Positions 50,068 to 63,389 of a stretch of DNA of 64,000 nucleotides are shown here, piece after piece. A program made the translations under genes and the position numbers. How positions within the stretch are numbered: the stretch's first letter is position 1; the number at the start of each line of letters is the position of its first letter. The notes under the pieces are model-generated. The model was not told where the DNA came from. It worked only from the letters and a program-made list of their open reading frames with translations, and did not search any database. This stretch comes from Adineta vaga (lineage: Eukaryota; Animalia; Rotifera): the NCBI GenBank assembly GCA_021613535.1, contig CP075493.1:12834001-12898000 (forward strand), given 5' to 3'.

Positions 50068-52146
50068 TTACGAGCATGTATTTAAGAGTACCGAAATACT
50101 ATTGTCATCGAAGGTGGTTACTGCTACGTCAAGTCTATCATCAACATTGAAATCACCAACTGCAATAGATGCTGGACTTGGACCGAAGGCATACGAAATC
50201 TGATTCTGAAAGGTTCCATTGCCTTCACCAAACAGTACACTGATACTATTGTCCATACTGTTCACTACTGCTAGATCCAATTTAAAATCGTTGTTGAGAT
50301 CAGCAGACAAGATCGATAATGGGTAAATACCAGCTGAATACATCACTTGTTTGTGAAAAGTTCCATCTCCTTTACCGAGAAGTACACTTATATCGTTGCT
50401 ATTACCATTAGCGATCGCTAAATCTAAGATTGTATCATTATTAAAGTCATTTGCTGTTATAGAGCATGGAAAATAACCAACTGAATATTTTACTGGATTC
50501 TGAAAAGTACCATTTCCATTGCCAAACATCAAGACGACTACAAACTCGAACGAGATGACTACTGCCAAATCAAGTTTATTGTCTTTGTTAAAATCACCAA
50601 CTACTGCAGACACAGGAGCATTTCCAACCTCATATTTGATCTGATTCTGAAACGTTCCATCACCGTTTCCAAGAAGGATGCTAATGTATTTGGCCTCGAC
50701 GTTAGCTACCACTAAATCTAATTTTTTGTCATTGTTGAAATCACCTGTTGTCGAAAACTGTGGACTTTTGCCAACTGTGTATTTTGTTGGCTTTTGAAAT
50801 GTTCCATCTCCATTTCCAAGGAACACATTGATATTGTTTTCCACAACATTGGGCGTTGCTAAATCTAGTTTGCTATCATAATTGAAATCAGCCACAGTCA
50901 CAGAGAATGGCCGATGTCCAATTGCATATTTTGTTTGATTCGTGAACGTTCCATTTCCATTTCCAAACAGTATAATGAGGTTGCTATTGTCGGTTGTAAC
51001 TAGATCTAATTTTTTATCATTATTAAAATCACCGACTTTCACATCAAGTGGACGATCACCTACGGCATATTTCGTTTGATTCGTGAACGTTCCATCTCCG
51101 TTACCAAACAATAAGCCTATGTTCTCGTTCTCATCATTGGTTACGACGATGTCTAATTTATTGTTTTTCTCAAAATCACCTACAGCTACTGAAGTGGCAC
51201 CATGACCAATGCTATACATTACTTTCTTCTGAAACGTTCCATCTCCATTGCCAAATAATATATTAACACTGTTCTCTATTAAATTGCTCGTTACTAAATC
51301 CAGTTTCGAATCCTTATTGAAATCACCTACTGCTAAAGCATTCGGTTGACGAATAATTGGAAACTTTGTTTGAGTTTGAAATGTTCCGTCTCCATCACCA
51401 AGAAATATACTAACAGTACTTGAATCAAAGTTGGCCACTGCTAAATCCAACTTCGTATCATTGTTCAAATCACTCACAACTACGTATCTTGGTCCAATGT
51501 CAGTTGCATATGTAAGTTGAGCCCGAAATGTTCCATCACCATTACCGAGTAAGATGCTGATGTTTCTGTCACGATTATTAACTACTGCTAGATCTAATTT
51601 TTTATCAAGATTAAAATCACCTGCTGCCACAGAAAGTGGTAGAGATCCAACTGTATATTTTGTTTGATTCTGAAACGTTCCATCTCCATTACCAAGTAAG
51701 ATGCTAATGTCATTGCTTTCCTGATTTACTACTGCTAGATCTAGTTCATTATCATTATTAAAGTCAGCGATTGTGACAGCTACCGAACGAAGACCAGTCG
51801 AGTATGTTGTTAAACGTTGAAATGTTCCATTTCCATTGCCAAGAAGTATGCCGATAGTGTTATTGTCATAGGCAACTGCAATATCCAGTTTGTTATCATG
51901 ATTAAAATCATGTGCTGCAATAGACTGTGGATAATAACCAGTCAAAGTCGTTATTTGATGCTGAAATGTTCCATTTCCATTCCCAAGAAGTACACTGATA
52001 TTGCCGTCTTGATAGTTGGCTACTGCGATATCTAACTGATTGTCATTGTTAAAATCATTTACTATGGCAGACATTGGTGATTGACCAGTAGCATAACTGT
52101 TAGGAAGTCCATATGGTGTTTGGCAAACAGCTTCTAAAGTAAGCAA
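50068..52146 (-). CDS. FG-GAP/VCBS repeat protein, 14 repeats (5' exons unresolved)
   Basis: Fourteen repeats of about 49 aa with DFNxDxKLD and LLGNGDGTF. No ATG in frame; probable splice acceptor near 52135-52150. Confidence 0.88.
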   Translation of the reverse strand: MLTLEAVCQTPYGLPNSYATGQSPMSAIVNDFNNDNQLDIAVANYQDGNISVLLGNGNGTFQHQITTLTGYYPQSIAAHDFNHDNKLDIAVAYDNNTIGILLGNGNGTFQRLTTYSTGLRSVAVTIADFNNDNELDLAVVNQESNDISILLGNGDGTFQNQTKYTVGSLPLSVAAGDFNLDKKLDLAVVNNRDRNISILLGNGDGTFRAQLTYATDIGPRYVVVSDLNNDTKLDLAVANFDSSTVSIFLGDGDGTFQTQTKFPIIRQPNALAVGDFNKDSKLDLVTSNLIENSVNILFGNGDGTFQKKVMYSIGHGATSVAVGDFEKNNKLDIVVTNDENENIGLLFGNGDGTFTNQTKYAVGDRPLDVKVGDFNNDKKLDLVTTDNSNLIILFGNGNGTFTNQTKYAIGHRPFSVTVADFNYDSKLDLATPNVVENNINVFLGNGDGTFQKPTKYTVGKSPQFSTTGDFNNDKKLDLVVANVEAKYISILLGNGDGTFQNQIKYEVGNAPVSAVVGDFNKDNKLDLAVVISFEFVVVLMFGNGNGTFQNPVKYSVGYFPCSITANDFNNDTILDLAIANGNSNDISVLLGKGDGTFHKQVMYSAGIYPLSILSADLNNDFKLDLAVVNSMDNSISVLFGEGNGTFQNQISYAFGPSPASIAVGDFNVDDRLDVAVTTFDDNSISVLLNTCS

Positions 52147-53279
52147 AAACTAAATAGAGTGGGTATGTTCAAGAGTACTTCATATTTTATGACATATTGC
52201 TAATACATGAACATTCTTCGTCATTACGTTCTCTGTAAATATGATTAGAATGAAGATGTACCAAAAAAAAGTCATTTCCCATATTGTAATTGTAATTATA
52301 TCAATTTTATTGTCAAGAACCTACCTATTACACTTTCAATAAAAATGTATAGAATCAAAAAACTCAGTAGTAAACGTAAGAGAGTGGCCATATAGCTTGA
52401 CTATGTCGATTGTGGGTGCATACGTAAAATAGAACAATACCAAATTAACCTTCATTTTATTTCTAGCACTTTATCATGATATACGCGTAGGTGACATTTT
52501 AATCCATACAATTTCTTTTTTTTTAATTGATATAACAATGAAGGTTATTAAAGAAAAGGCTTATGAAACAATTTCCATTGTTAATTACATTTTTCAATGA
52601 CAGAGCATGATATTGTTCGTTGGATTAGTTATCGCTTTTTTTATCAAACCAAAGTGGCTACATGAAGACTTGATGTGTAATTTCAATTTCTTCTGAGTTT
52701 TCTTATGTATTCTATAAGTTAAAAGAATAACATATTTCAAGTTTCTTTTATTCGTGATCATTGCACTACCTACAAGTGATCATGATTCGAAATCTAATTT
52801 CGTTCAAAAGACAATATCTGAATAGAGAACTAAGGCAATCGAAATTATTTTATTGTGGTTGTTCTTTTATCTACATTATGTTTTATCATACATTTGAATC
52901 TCATAATTGACTCACGATGTATAATAATAGATTATCGAATTTCTTTTCGTAGATTTTATTTGATATTGTCAGCTGCAAATAATAACTACAGATGCTTTTT
53001 TGTTCGTAATATAGTGTGTATGCAACTTGAACAAGCTATTATCATTTGGTAGTCTGAAAAACTTCTTCGACTTTTATTCTTTTTCTTTCAAAGGAATATC
53101 AAAAAAAGTAACAGAAAAAGTCGTTATATTGCAATGATAAAAATGAATACGTTGACAAGAAAAACATGGAAAAATATAAAAAGGAAATATTCAAGTCACT
53201 AAAATATACCATATTAATAAAAAATCAAAACCATAATGGCCAGTTGCAAATTCAGTAGTAATAAAACGACGGAACAAAT

Positions 53280-53365
53280 GAGTGGAACTTCAAAACGAAA
53301 CAAGTGGAGCTCGACGTATTCGTATACAAAGAATCCAGAATGTACTTTTGATATGGCTCGATGTC
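53280..53365 (+). pseudogene. Short N-terminal fragment of an ART/TPR-type gene
   Basis: RRIRIQRIQNVLLIWLD resembles the IIIWLD N-terminal motif of 42867-45606; no continuation. Confidence 0.4.
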
Positions 53366-53474
53366 ATCGACATATCGAACCAGTACACAAAGAACAAAAC
53401 ATGGATGAAATTCTCACAGGTTATCATCTTGACAGTTTTCAGTTCAACATTTGCGAAATATTCATCTAAGCATT

Positions 53475-54420
53475 AATGGAATCATTTTCGTGCGAGATTC
53501 ATCATTGAAGAAATTTATATAGAGATTTTCCTCGAATTGGTATTAGTTTTAAGAGATCTGACTGTTAGTAACGGGTGGATCGAAAGTTTTGGCACAAAAT
53601 GTTCGTTTATTTTTTAGTGTCTTAAAAGAGCTTGTAGAAATTTAAAAACATTGTATTAAAATGAGAATTTTATGCTCTTTCTGAATATGGATTCAAAACT
53701 TTTATAGTACTTTTGCTTTGAGAGCTATAAGTCAATCTTTTCGAAGCTCTAAAATCAAGTTTGGACAAACTTCAGTACACTAAAAATGACCCCCAAGTAG
53801 CAAGAAAAATCATTTCAAATACAGCGAATGAAAGAGCAGGTATTTCTCTATGAAATGGTCTACTGCTAATTGGTTTACTACAAACTATCTGTTAATAGTG
53901 GTTATTTTACTCGGTGACACGTGCCAATTTTTAGCGATTTTCTCGATTTCTATGGAAAATAGATTTGCAAAGTGAGCTCAACCATTCCTCAATGATTATT
54001 CTGAAACTCTTGGTTCTTATCTCATTCTGTAGAGACAACTCGCACCTTCAATTCTATGCAAAAAAACCAGTGACATAACGTATACAGTCAAAAAACTATT
54101 GTTGCAAAAACCGTCAATTTTTTTCGTCCAAACTTGATTTTAGAGCTTCTGAAAGATTGACTCATAGCTCTCAAAGCCAACGTACTATAAAATTTTTGAA
54201 CCTATATTCGGAAAGAGCATAAAATTCTGAATTTAACACAAGATTTTAAATTTCTACAAACTTTTCTAAGACACTGAAAAATAAACGAACATTTTGTGCC
54301 AAAACTTTCGATCCACCCGTTAGTGAGCAAAAACTGATAATAAATAATTGGTTTTGCCATTTTCTTCAGTGAGTTTTTTTTCTACTTATGATTATTATGA
54401 AAAGGGTTTACGTGTGGTAT
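53475..54420 (+). pseudogene. Decayed partial duplicate of 55157-55869, interrupted by a transposon
   Basis: 53475-53545 matches 55274-55341, and 54393-54420 matches 55481-55508. Confidence 0.6.
53571..54320. mobile_element. Non-autonomous Tc1/mariner-type element with long TIRs
   Basis: TA|ACGGGTGGATCGAAAGTTTTGGCACAAAATG...CGATCCACCCGT|TA; about 195-bp imperfect TIRs; no transposase ORF. Confidence 0.88.
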
Positions 54421-55156
54421 ATAATGTTCTTTTCAATATTAAGATTTGTTCGATTGAAAGAATTTGATCTTTTTAGTTTGGTTGCATACATATTTGTTTT
54501 ACTGAATCTAAGTACAACTTCGCTGACTTAAGACTTCTTATCGTATTATTAATTGTATCGGTTGTCGCTATTACTGTTAGAGTATGTGAAGTTATATTCT
54601 AATTTTGATCTGATTTTAATACTTTTTTCGTGACTTTGAAAATTATAAGATAATCACATTCTGTACATAACAAAAGTTCGATTGAACTCAACTTTGCAAG
54701 TCTTCACTTTATTAATAAAAAATTATCATACAATCTCATAATGAACAATAGACATCGATGATGTTTTAAATGTCTTTTAATTTGTCTAGTCGATCTAATC
54801 TGTACACATTGTCTACATTTATATATACGAAAGAAAGAGCGAAAAAATATTTATATCACTTCGCTCTCAATTAATTTAGCTTCTATCTACGTTTTTCAAC
54901 GACATAATTTAAAAACTAAATTCGATAAATAAAGAAATACTACTTCACTTTCATTCGATTTCTCTCATTCAATCTTACGAGGGAAAAATTTTCTCTCTTA
55001 ATATACTTTTACATCATCTTTCAGCGGATGGGAAAGAAAACATGAGTCATATATTTGTCTTTCTGTTCATATTGACCGATTGCACAGGTCATTGCGCATA
55101 TAAAAGGAAAGCGAAGAGACGCTGATACATTCATTCGCTTTATTTCTGTCGTTAAA

Positions 55157-55869
55157 ATGCTTTACGATTCATTAACTATTAAACCATCAGCTCCAGTAGC
55201 TCCTATTTCGAAATCAGTACCATTAACAGAAGATCTTCCAGTTCAACGTTCGCGAAAAATTCATCTAATTATCAATGGAATCATTTTCGTAAGTTTCATC
55301 ATTGAAGAAATTTATATAAGGATTCTCTTCGATTAGGTATTTGCTTTGTTCAATGTGACTTCAAGTGGTCTACGAAGATCAATATTTGATGTTGAAGCGT
55401 GGTATATTGCAATTTTTTTATTCTTTCATGCTTTCTTTTGGACTTTACTGAGCGCTTTTGGTCTTTTTGCTGCTTATCATTATTATGAAAAGGGTTTACG
55501 TGTGGTATGTTCATTTTACTGTATTATTCAATTGAGTGAATTTGATTCTTTTTAGTATGGATGGATACTTGCCGTTTTCCTATTTATTTACAATATTATA
55601 ACTATTGCTTTTGTGTCCTTTGTTGTTTGGTACCGATATTCAATGGAACCTGCAGTCTTTTATGCATTGTTACTATACGTAGCCATAACATTCATTTTAT
55701 TGGCTTTCCATCTGGCTATCATGGTATGTATATAGTTATATTCTTTATTTGATCGTAGCATATGAAATCTGATATTGTTTTGTATTTGTAGATATTTCTT
55801 ATTCGTCGAGCTTTTAAATTGGCAAGACAAATTACAGAAAATAAAAATGCACAAATCGAACAGATTTAA
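55157..55869 (+). CDS. Small 4-TM membrane protein, unknown function
   Basis: Four exons joined by phase-0 GT-AG introns give an open frame MLYDSLTIKPSAP...KLARQITENKNAQIEQI*. TATAAAA at about 55099. Confidence 0.75.
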
Positions 55870-57703
55870 CTATTTTGTTGTAATTTGAGAAGAAATAGAA
55901 AAATAAATTTCGATGAAATCACAATGAAAATCTTTTATTTTCGCATCATTTCCTTCATGATAGAAGATTAGTTTTCCAAAGTAGAAACGAGTTTGATAAG
56001 AATTCTAAGAAAATCGAAATGTCTCAAGTATGAATACGCAATGCAAAGAAATCATATATCACTTGTATTTTATTTTTCTATATTGTATTAAAGCTATACC
56101 TGAACTAAATCATTATTTTACTAATCAATTTGATACGATTGTGCAATATCAATACTATTTAGAATCAAATAATTTATTTTTAATTGTACATTACCAAGAT
56201 TTGGATCGATTGTATCAAATTTACAATCGAAATGTTCCGTTTGTGACTTAATGTAACTTTTACTTGATAAATCCATCGACGAAGATGTTTACTGATATAA
56301 TAATAGGAATTATCATCATTTCTGTTCTCATTATCACTATTGTATTTGTACTCAAACGATTCAATAAGATGATATATCATATTATTGAATTTTTGCATAA
56401 TAAAAACTAATGATTTCTTTAGACAGATCAGCAAAAGCATCAGTTGATAATATATTTGATCTTAGGATCATGGTAGCGGAAAAGAACGATCATTTATTTG
56501 TCTTTTAACAAAACCATCCAGTACGTAAGAATGTTTCGAAAAATACCTCATTTCGATGATCTATCGATTTATAATGGTACTAGTTATGTCATGGTATTGT
56601 TCGTTATTACTAATACAGCATACTCTGAAACTTATTGTAACGATACTCGTATTACGGAAGTAGAATATCTGGGTGTTCTTGATGAACTTCGTAATTTAAA
56701 TAATAAATTAACTGAAGATGATGTAGATCTATTTTTAAAAATATTATCCTAAGACTTCATCCTGTTCTTTCTCTCTTTATTTTACTATACGTGATTATTA
56801 TCATTGGTGGCCTAGAATAACTACATTATCTTTTTAGACCTATATTCAAGCACGTCTATCCGTCCATTCCTTATTTTCATGTAAAAAAAAGATTATTAAT
56901 GGATTCGTTTTTCTTGAGAATGTAAGCATCAATTCTCTTAACACTTGTCGTGACGTTCTTAAGATATGCATAGCACGAACTAGTTTTTATTTCTTGATAT
57001 CAGAACTTTTGCAGAAACGTGCAAGATAATAAAAATAGCCTTCACAATTACAGTTGCAACACAATGTGAATCTTTCGTAAAATACATGTATATTGAATAG
57101 ATAAGTAATCATTCAAAATCCATTTCGATTTCTTTCTCGCAAGAAGACAGGTAAATCAGGCTTGAACTGACATTTTTTCTTGTATTTTAATTACTGTGAT
57201 TAATATAAAAGATCGAAGAGAAAAGATACTTCTTTACAAGTAATATATATCATAAACACAGACACATATATATTGACATGTAGAAATTCCTCTATTCCAC
57301 TATTTTCGTAACGCATATCGGATATTTAAAAGAAAACTGAAGACTGGTACACCGTAAATTTTCATTCTGGTGCAGAAAAACATAAGGTCAAAGAGAATGA
57401 GATGCATGTATTCAGTTATATAAGAGAAAAGTCATCGAGGACATTTCGAGTCTTTCTTTTTCTTTGCAAGGAAAAAATGTGCATTTCTGACAGAATGAGA
57501 AAATGTTTCTTTCTCTTTTTTCTTTTTCTCTCGCTCTATTCTCTATTATATGATGCTGACGATAGACAATATTTAAAGTAATTCCTTCATTAATATATCT
57601 TTCTTTACTACGGTTCACAAAAACAAATTACTTAGAATTAACAAAGGTGTCTTTGATTCCATATTTTCTACAAGTTTTCAACGATAATCAAAAAACAATT
57701 TAA

Positions 57704-58871
57704 ATGGAATGTAAAATATGTGGAGATAAAGCTATTCGTTCATATCTTGGTGTTTTGGTATGTTCATCATGTAGAATGTTCTTCAAACGAAACGCTGAAA
57801 AGAAAGAAGTAAGATCAGATGAAAATATGTTTGTTTTTTTCTTCTTCTTCATTTATTCAAATCTATTTTAGGAACAATTAAAATGTCGATATGATGGTGA
57901 ATGTGAAGTGAATATTCTTAATCGTCACGTATGTAGTGCTTGTCGATTGAAGAAATGTTTTGCAAGTGGAATGAAAATTGATTTATTACGTGGTCCAATA
58001 TCAACAGTAATTAGAAAGAATACACAGAAGAAAATGACAAGTGGAATAAATCAAGTTCATCAGGTAATTTTGATCTTCTATAGGATATGTGAACACATTT
58101 GTTTGTTGATTTTAGTTTCCAACAATAAATCTTTTACGATCAGATCAATCGACAATGACTGTTGATCAATGGAATCTTCTATCGAATTTACTGCATTGTT
58201 ATGATGAACATAGTGGATTCTTAGTTGCTGATCGTTATGTACGCGATCAAAACGTCTTACCTATTAAATCACGTTATAAAGTTAACTCGCTTAATGATCT
58301 TTTCGGATCAATGATGGCTGGAGCTCAATTATTATTTGAGAAAAATGCTGATTTTTTATCATTAAGTCCACATGATCAATCAATTTTACTTCATGGTCGA
58401 CTCAAATACGTTGGAGGTCTTGGGTCAGCTTTATTGTTGCGTCATATTGGATTGTATCAAAATCCAACGTTTTATACAAATCTTTTGACTATTTATGGAT
58501 CAACTGTTGTATCTGCCAGTAAATATACAAGTGAACTACTTGATCATGACGTTATATTTGTTAAATTAATGCTTGCTGTTGTTACTTTCTCTACATTTGA
58601 TTGCACAAATTATAACATCAATATTTCTTCAGACAATTTAGACAATAGCAACGCAGTATTATCTATTCAGAATATGTATATCGAATTAGCATGGCAATAT
58701 ATTCTTCATAAATATGGTCATATTCGTGCCGTGATGAGTTTTTCAAATCTATTACGATGCATTTTCACTATAAATAGTGCGATAGTTGAAGTAATTAGAA
58801 ATACGGAATGGACAAATATGGTTGATGATATCATTAAACGAACAGAAGCAAGTCTCTCTCTCAATAATTAA
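57704..58871 (+). CDS. Nuclear hormone receptor (divergent)
   Basis: CKICGD..CSSCRMFFKR and C..C..R..CSACRLKKCFASGM zinc fingers; LBD with FLSLSPHDQSILL; two introns. Confidence 0.9.
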
Positions 58872-59267
58872 ATCCATATTTTTCTTTTTGTTTACTATCG
58901 TCTCATAGTGTTATATCGTAAGGTTTTGAAATAAACAGAAGAAAAATCAACATCGAATATTATCTTACGTGCCACTACGTTTCATACAGAAGTAGAAATA
59001 GTGAGAATAAACTTTTGATCAACTATTGAAGCTATCTATAGTGCTTGATTCGTTGCTCATCATCACATCCATTCTCTCTCTTTGAGGATAAATTTATAAG
59101 TCGTATATTTATCATGATGAACTGAAGTACATATATCATAATCGACCAATTGTAAACATTTGCATTGTTTTATAACTTCAAAACAATGACAGGTGAACGT
59201 AGATAACGATCTTCTCTATTCTGTATAAATATATCGATGCGTAGAGAAGAGAATTCATTCTATTAAA

Positions 59268-59776
59268 ATGCAACCAAATATTGAAAGTAACAAATCAATT
59301 TCACATGATGTCATTGATATTCATCTTCCTACGTCATTGCCATCAACTACTGATCGTCAATTTCAACGAATTCGAAAGCATCTATTTATTCTAAATACAC
59401 TTATATTAGTGAGTTTATTTGTTCTTCGTAAAAACAAAAAGATTTACTTATTTATTGTGATTATAGCTTATATGGGCGCATGTGATTGCAACTGTTCTCA
59501 TCTGTGTTTCTGTTATCATTCTACTCTTTGAATTTCAATGGTTTCTTTGGAGAAGTAATTTCAATACATATTTTGACTATGCTTTCGTCCTTGGAATGAT
59601 TGTAGCAACATGTATGATAATTCATTCTATTCGAGTATGTTTATCTGACTTAGTTTGAGAGTAACAATTGTTTGTTTGTTTGTTTTTTGTTATTTAAGGT
59701 GCACGTTTTCAAACTTGGCTTTGAAATCAAACGATTTATTGATATCAATGAAAAAGCAATCAATCAAGAGGTTTAA
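59268..59776 (+). CDS. Small multi-TM membrane protein, unknown function
   Basis: Three exons with phase-0 introns giving an open hydrophobic frame that ends at TAA 59774-59776. Loosely resembles 55157-55869. Confidence 0.6.
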
Positions 59777-59894
59777 TATTGTATAGTTTAAAAACTGTTT
59801 ATTTCTTTTTTTCATGTATAGTTAGGCTAAATAGATCTGTTTCTCTACTCTGTGGATAGAAGAGATAATCAAATACGATGTAATTTGTTTTATT

Positions 59895-60809
59895 CTATCG
59901 ATGAATAATAAAAGGAACATTGATTCTTACTGGTATAATTCTAGCATTGTTTTGACAAAAATAATTCTTAATAAGAATTCGAATATCACGATCAAGATAG
60001 ATTATAACTAATTTTTCCATTGTAACAGCAATCGATACGGAAATTATACCGATTGGATAGAAAAATTCAATACTTGTCAACATATAAATCGTCAATGGGA
60101 TTCCACCAAGAAAATAAACACTTAATGATATCATTATATTACGAAAGATGATATAATCACGATCTTTTCTTTTTCTATTATATTGTATTCTAATATTTTT
60201 TCTATTCGAACGAATTCGCATGAAAACAATGATATTAATAATAATAATTAAAACAATCGGTATGACATAATATACAATAATAGTGTAATAAGTATGTAAT
60301 TCATAACTTCTTGTTACCCAACAAAGTTCGCCTTCACGAAAATAGATATCGTTTGTTAGAATTGCTGGTAATGGAAGAATAAAAATAATAATCCATCCAA
60401 TAAAAATCAAATAGAAATGTACTCTATAGGTGATTAACCATCGATATTTCGTGTGAAAAACAACAAAAAATAATCGTGATATAACTTGTAATACATAAGA
60501 ATAAATAAAAGCAACTATTGATATATATCCGAAATATCCACGCCATCGACATGATTGATCACTTTTATTCGATATTATCATCAGAAGATAAATGTAATTG
60601 TTACATTGAACAATACAATATAATATAGATGCTAAACATGTATTACAAGTTAACAAATGAGTAACTGTATGTAATTTTTTTGTTAATATAACAATTATTA
60701 ACAAGCATGAAGTAATAATGATAGCCGTGATAGCAAAAATCATTGAAACTGGAACAATGATACGATAATCTGTTTGATTACTTGCTATTTCAATGATTGA
60801 AAAATTCAT
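59895..60809 (-). CDS. Rhodopsin-like 7TM GPCR
   Basis: 304-aa single exon with seven hydrophobic segments, CRWRGY, QVISRL, ECL2 LCW and YYVIP. Confidence 0.88.
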   Translation of the reverse strand: MNFSIIEIASNQTDYRIIVPVSMIFAITAIIITSCLLIIVILTKKLHTVTHLLTCNTCLASILYCIVQCNNYIYLLMIISNKSDQSCRWRGYFGYISIVAFIYSYVLQVISRLFFVVFHTKYRWLITYRVHFYLIFIGWIIIFILPLPAILTNDIYFREGELCWVTRSYELHTYYTIIVYYVIPIVLIIIINIIVFMRIRSNRKNIRIQYNRKRKDRDYIIFRNIMISLSVYFLGGIPLTIYMLTSIEFFYPIGIISVSIAVTMEKLVIIYLDRDIRILIKNYFCQNNARIIPVRINVPFIIHR

Positions 60810-61488
60810 GATATAAGAAATTAGAGATATACGGTATGAAGTAAGATTTATTTCTTATAATGTTCGAACTGTTAATAACTTGTTTCTCAAATGTAAATCT
60901 CAAAGTAAATGAATGTTGGAAATGAGAAAATACTTTATTTTATTTTAAGAATCTTTTAGAAATATAAAAGCCAACTATTTGATATTTAAATAAAAAGAAG
61001 AAAAGAATTTAGTATCATTTAGATCATCTCTAGTTAATAATATATGATTATTTCAAATTGAAAGAAAGACTCTTATAACCGTTAAAACTTTTCCTATCTC
61101 ATTTTAAATATTTATTGAGATGAAAGGTTCTTGTCTGCATTCTTTCTTTTTATAAATCTTATTGCACGAACTTTTCGTCGAATAAAAATATACACTATGG
61201 AACTGTTACTATTAATGTTACAATACAGAAAACGGAATAAAGATTTCAAAATAATGCATTGAGATGAATTAATTGAGTTTGGATGACTATTAATGTTCTG
61301 TTATATAATGATAATATCTTCCTGTTGAATTGGTCCTGACATCTCGCTCATTCTACAGAGAACAGAAAAGATTATATTCAAATATTATCAATGGAGAATA
61401 GAATAAATGATGACGAATTGTTTCTTATCTTGTAAAGTAATAAGAAGCGCATATATTTAGATTACAATTTTTATTACAATAAAACAAG

Positions 61489-62591
61489 ATGTCGGACGAT
61501 CAACAATATCCCATTATTGATTTATCTGTTTATCTTAACGATCCAAAAAATGCCTCTACAGATTGTAATATGGTTGCTGATCTTCTACATAAATATGGCT
61601 TTTTATGTGTGAAAGATCCACGTGTAGATGATATACATAATAAGAGATTTATCGATATGTTAGAAAAATATTATGAACAAAGTGATGAAGAAAAAGCTAA
61701 AGATATACATGACGAAGTTTTCTACCAAGTCGGTCTCACATCTACATATATTGAACGAGCTCGTAATCATTGTGATACCATAGCAAAATTAGATCGAACA
61801 GAGAAAGCATTGTCAATTTGTCCACCAGGTTTCATTGCTTTGTTTTTCTTTCACGTTTATCATATTTTTATTTATTTATAGAATTGGATAATAAAATGCG
61901 ATTCTTCTGGAGAGTGGGCGAGGCACCATCTCAAAGTGAATATCCACAACTTCATGCAGATCCTGTTATTCCAGAGAAATTTTCAGAATGGAAAACAATA
62001 ATGGATAGTTGGGGAAAACTCATGCTTGAAAGTGTTCTCACTGTTGCACAGATGTGTGCTCTTGGTTTTGGTTTGCCCGTTGATACGTTTACATCTTTGA
62101 TGAAGTATGGACCACATTTACTTGCTCCCACTGGTTCAGATCTTGGACGGTTTGGTAAAGAAGGCACAGTATTAGCTGGGTTTCATTCTGATATTGGTTT
62201 TCTTACCATTCATGGACGTGCACGTTTTCCAGGTTTGTTCGTTTGGACACGCGAAGGAAAACGATTAGCTGTGAAAGTTTCTCACGGTTGTCTACTACTT
62301 CAAGCTGGTAAACAGTTCGAATGGTTAACTGGTGGTGAAGTTTTGGCTGGTTTTCATGAAGTTATTGTCTCTGAAAAAACCGTTGAAGTTATTGATGATG
62401 CATCTAAGGCTGGTCGATCTCTGTGGCGTGTTTCATCAACGATGTTCACACATATTGCTAGTGATGAGATACTCAAACCATTGCCAACATTCGCGAATTC
62501 TGAGACCTTAGAAAAGTACAGTCCTATGAAAGCTGGTGCACAAGTTCTTGCTGAACTAGCAGCAATAAATATGAAGAAAACATTAAATTAA
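61489..62591 (+). CDS. 2-oxoglutarate/Fe(II)-dependent dioxygenase (IPNS-like fold)
   Basis: PIIDL, YGFL, GPHLLAPTGSDL, HSD...H iron ligands and RVS motif. One intron near 61829-61881. Confidence 0.88.
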
Positions 62592-63389
62592 CACGATTAA
62601 TCTTCAGTTGCTGCTCAATGATGTCTTACACTATTACACTATTTTTTTAATTTTTGTAATGCTTTTAAGGATAATAAACTCAAACAAAATGATTACACTG
62701 ATATGGTAATGTCATGAAGTTACCAATAAGCTGGTTTTCTAACATATGAAGAATTTTTCTTTTCTTTAGACAGTAAAAGAACTGAAGACCTGTCTAGTAT
62801 CGTGAAATACAATATCAGAACAAAAAACGAATCATTAATACAACTATCACCAGAAACACTAGCAACTACTGCTATAGCTAGTGAGTTTATTTATTTGATA
62901 GAGACACTAGTTGGTATGACTTAGATTTATGTAGGATATCTAGTCGTATGTGAACTTCAGATCCATATGATCATAGATAGGAATAAGATCATTTCTAAAA
63001 AATTTAGCAAAACTTGATTGTGTTCGTTCTAAATGTTACGTAACTTGAAGATATTATCAGGTGACGTGCTTCATGTTTCGTTAGTGATGAGATCTTTTGT
63101 CAATTCATCTTTTTGAATGATTATGCATAAAAAGGTGAACCACAAGGTCGATAGACCTGCTCTTAGATTTGAAGGGGAATCATGCTGTTAGTAATGAATG
63201 TAAAAACCAAATCATCATTTGATTTGTCTGGAATAGAGAGTGAATTTGATTATGAATATAATATATGCTTCTTTCAGTAATTACGTCGCGAGTGAAAGTT
63301 ATTTAGAATCATATTAAAAAATAAAGAATTAACAAAAAATACTTACATTGATTTATTTGAAATCGAATCAAGTCAGATTAAAGTTAAGT

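Noticed and set aside
55990-56760. Short ORFs on both strands, one faintly like a nuclear receptor LBD
   Set aside because: No consistent motif or splice model; probably decayed coding sequence of unknown origin.
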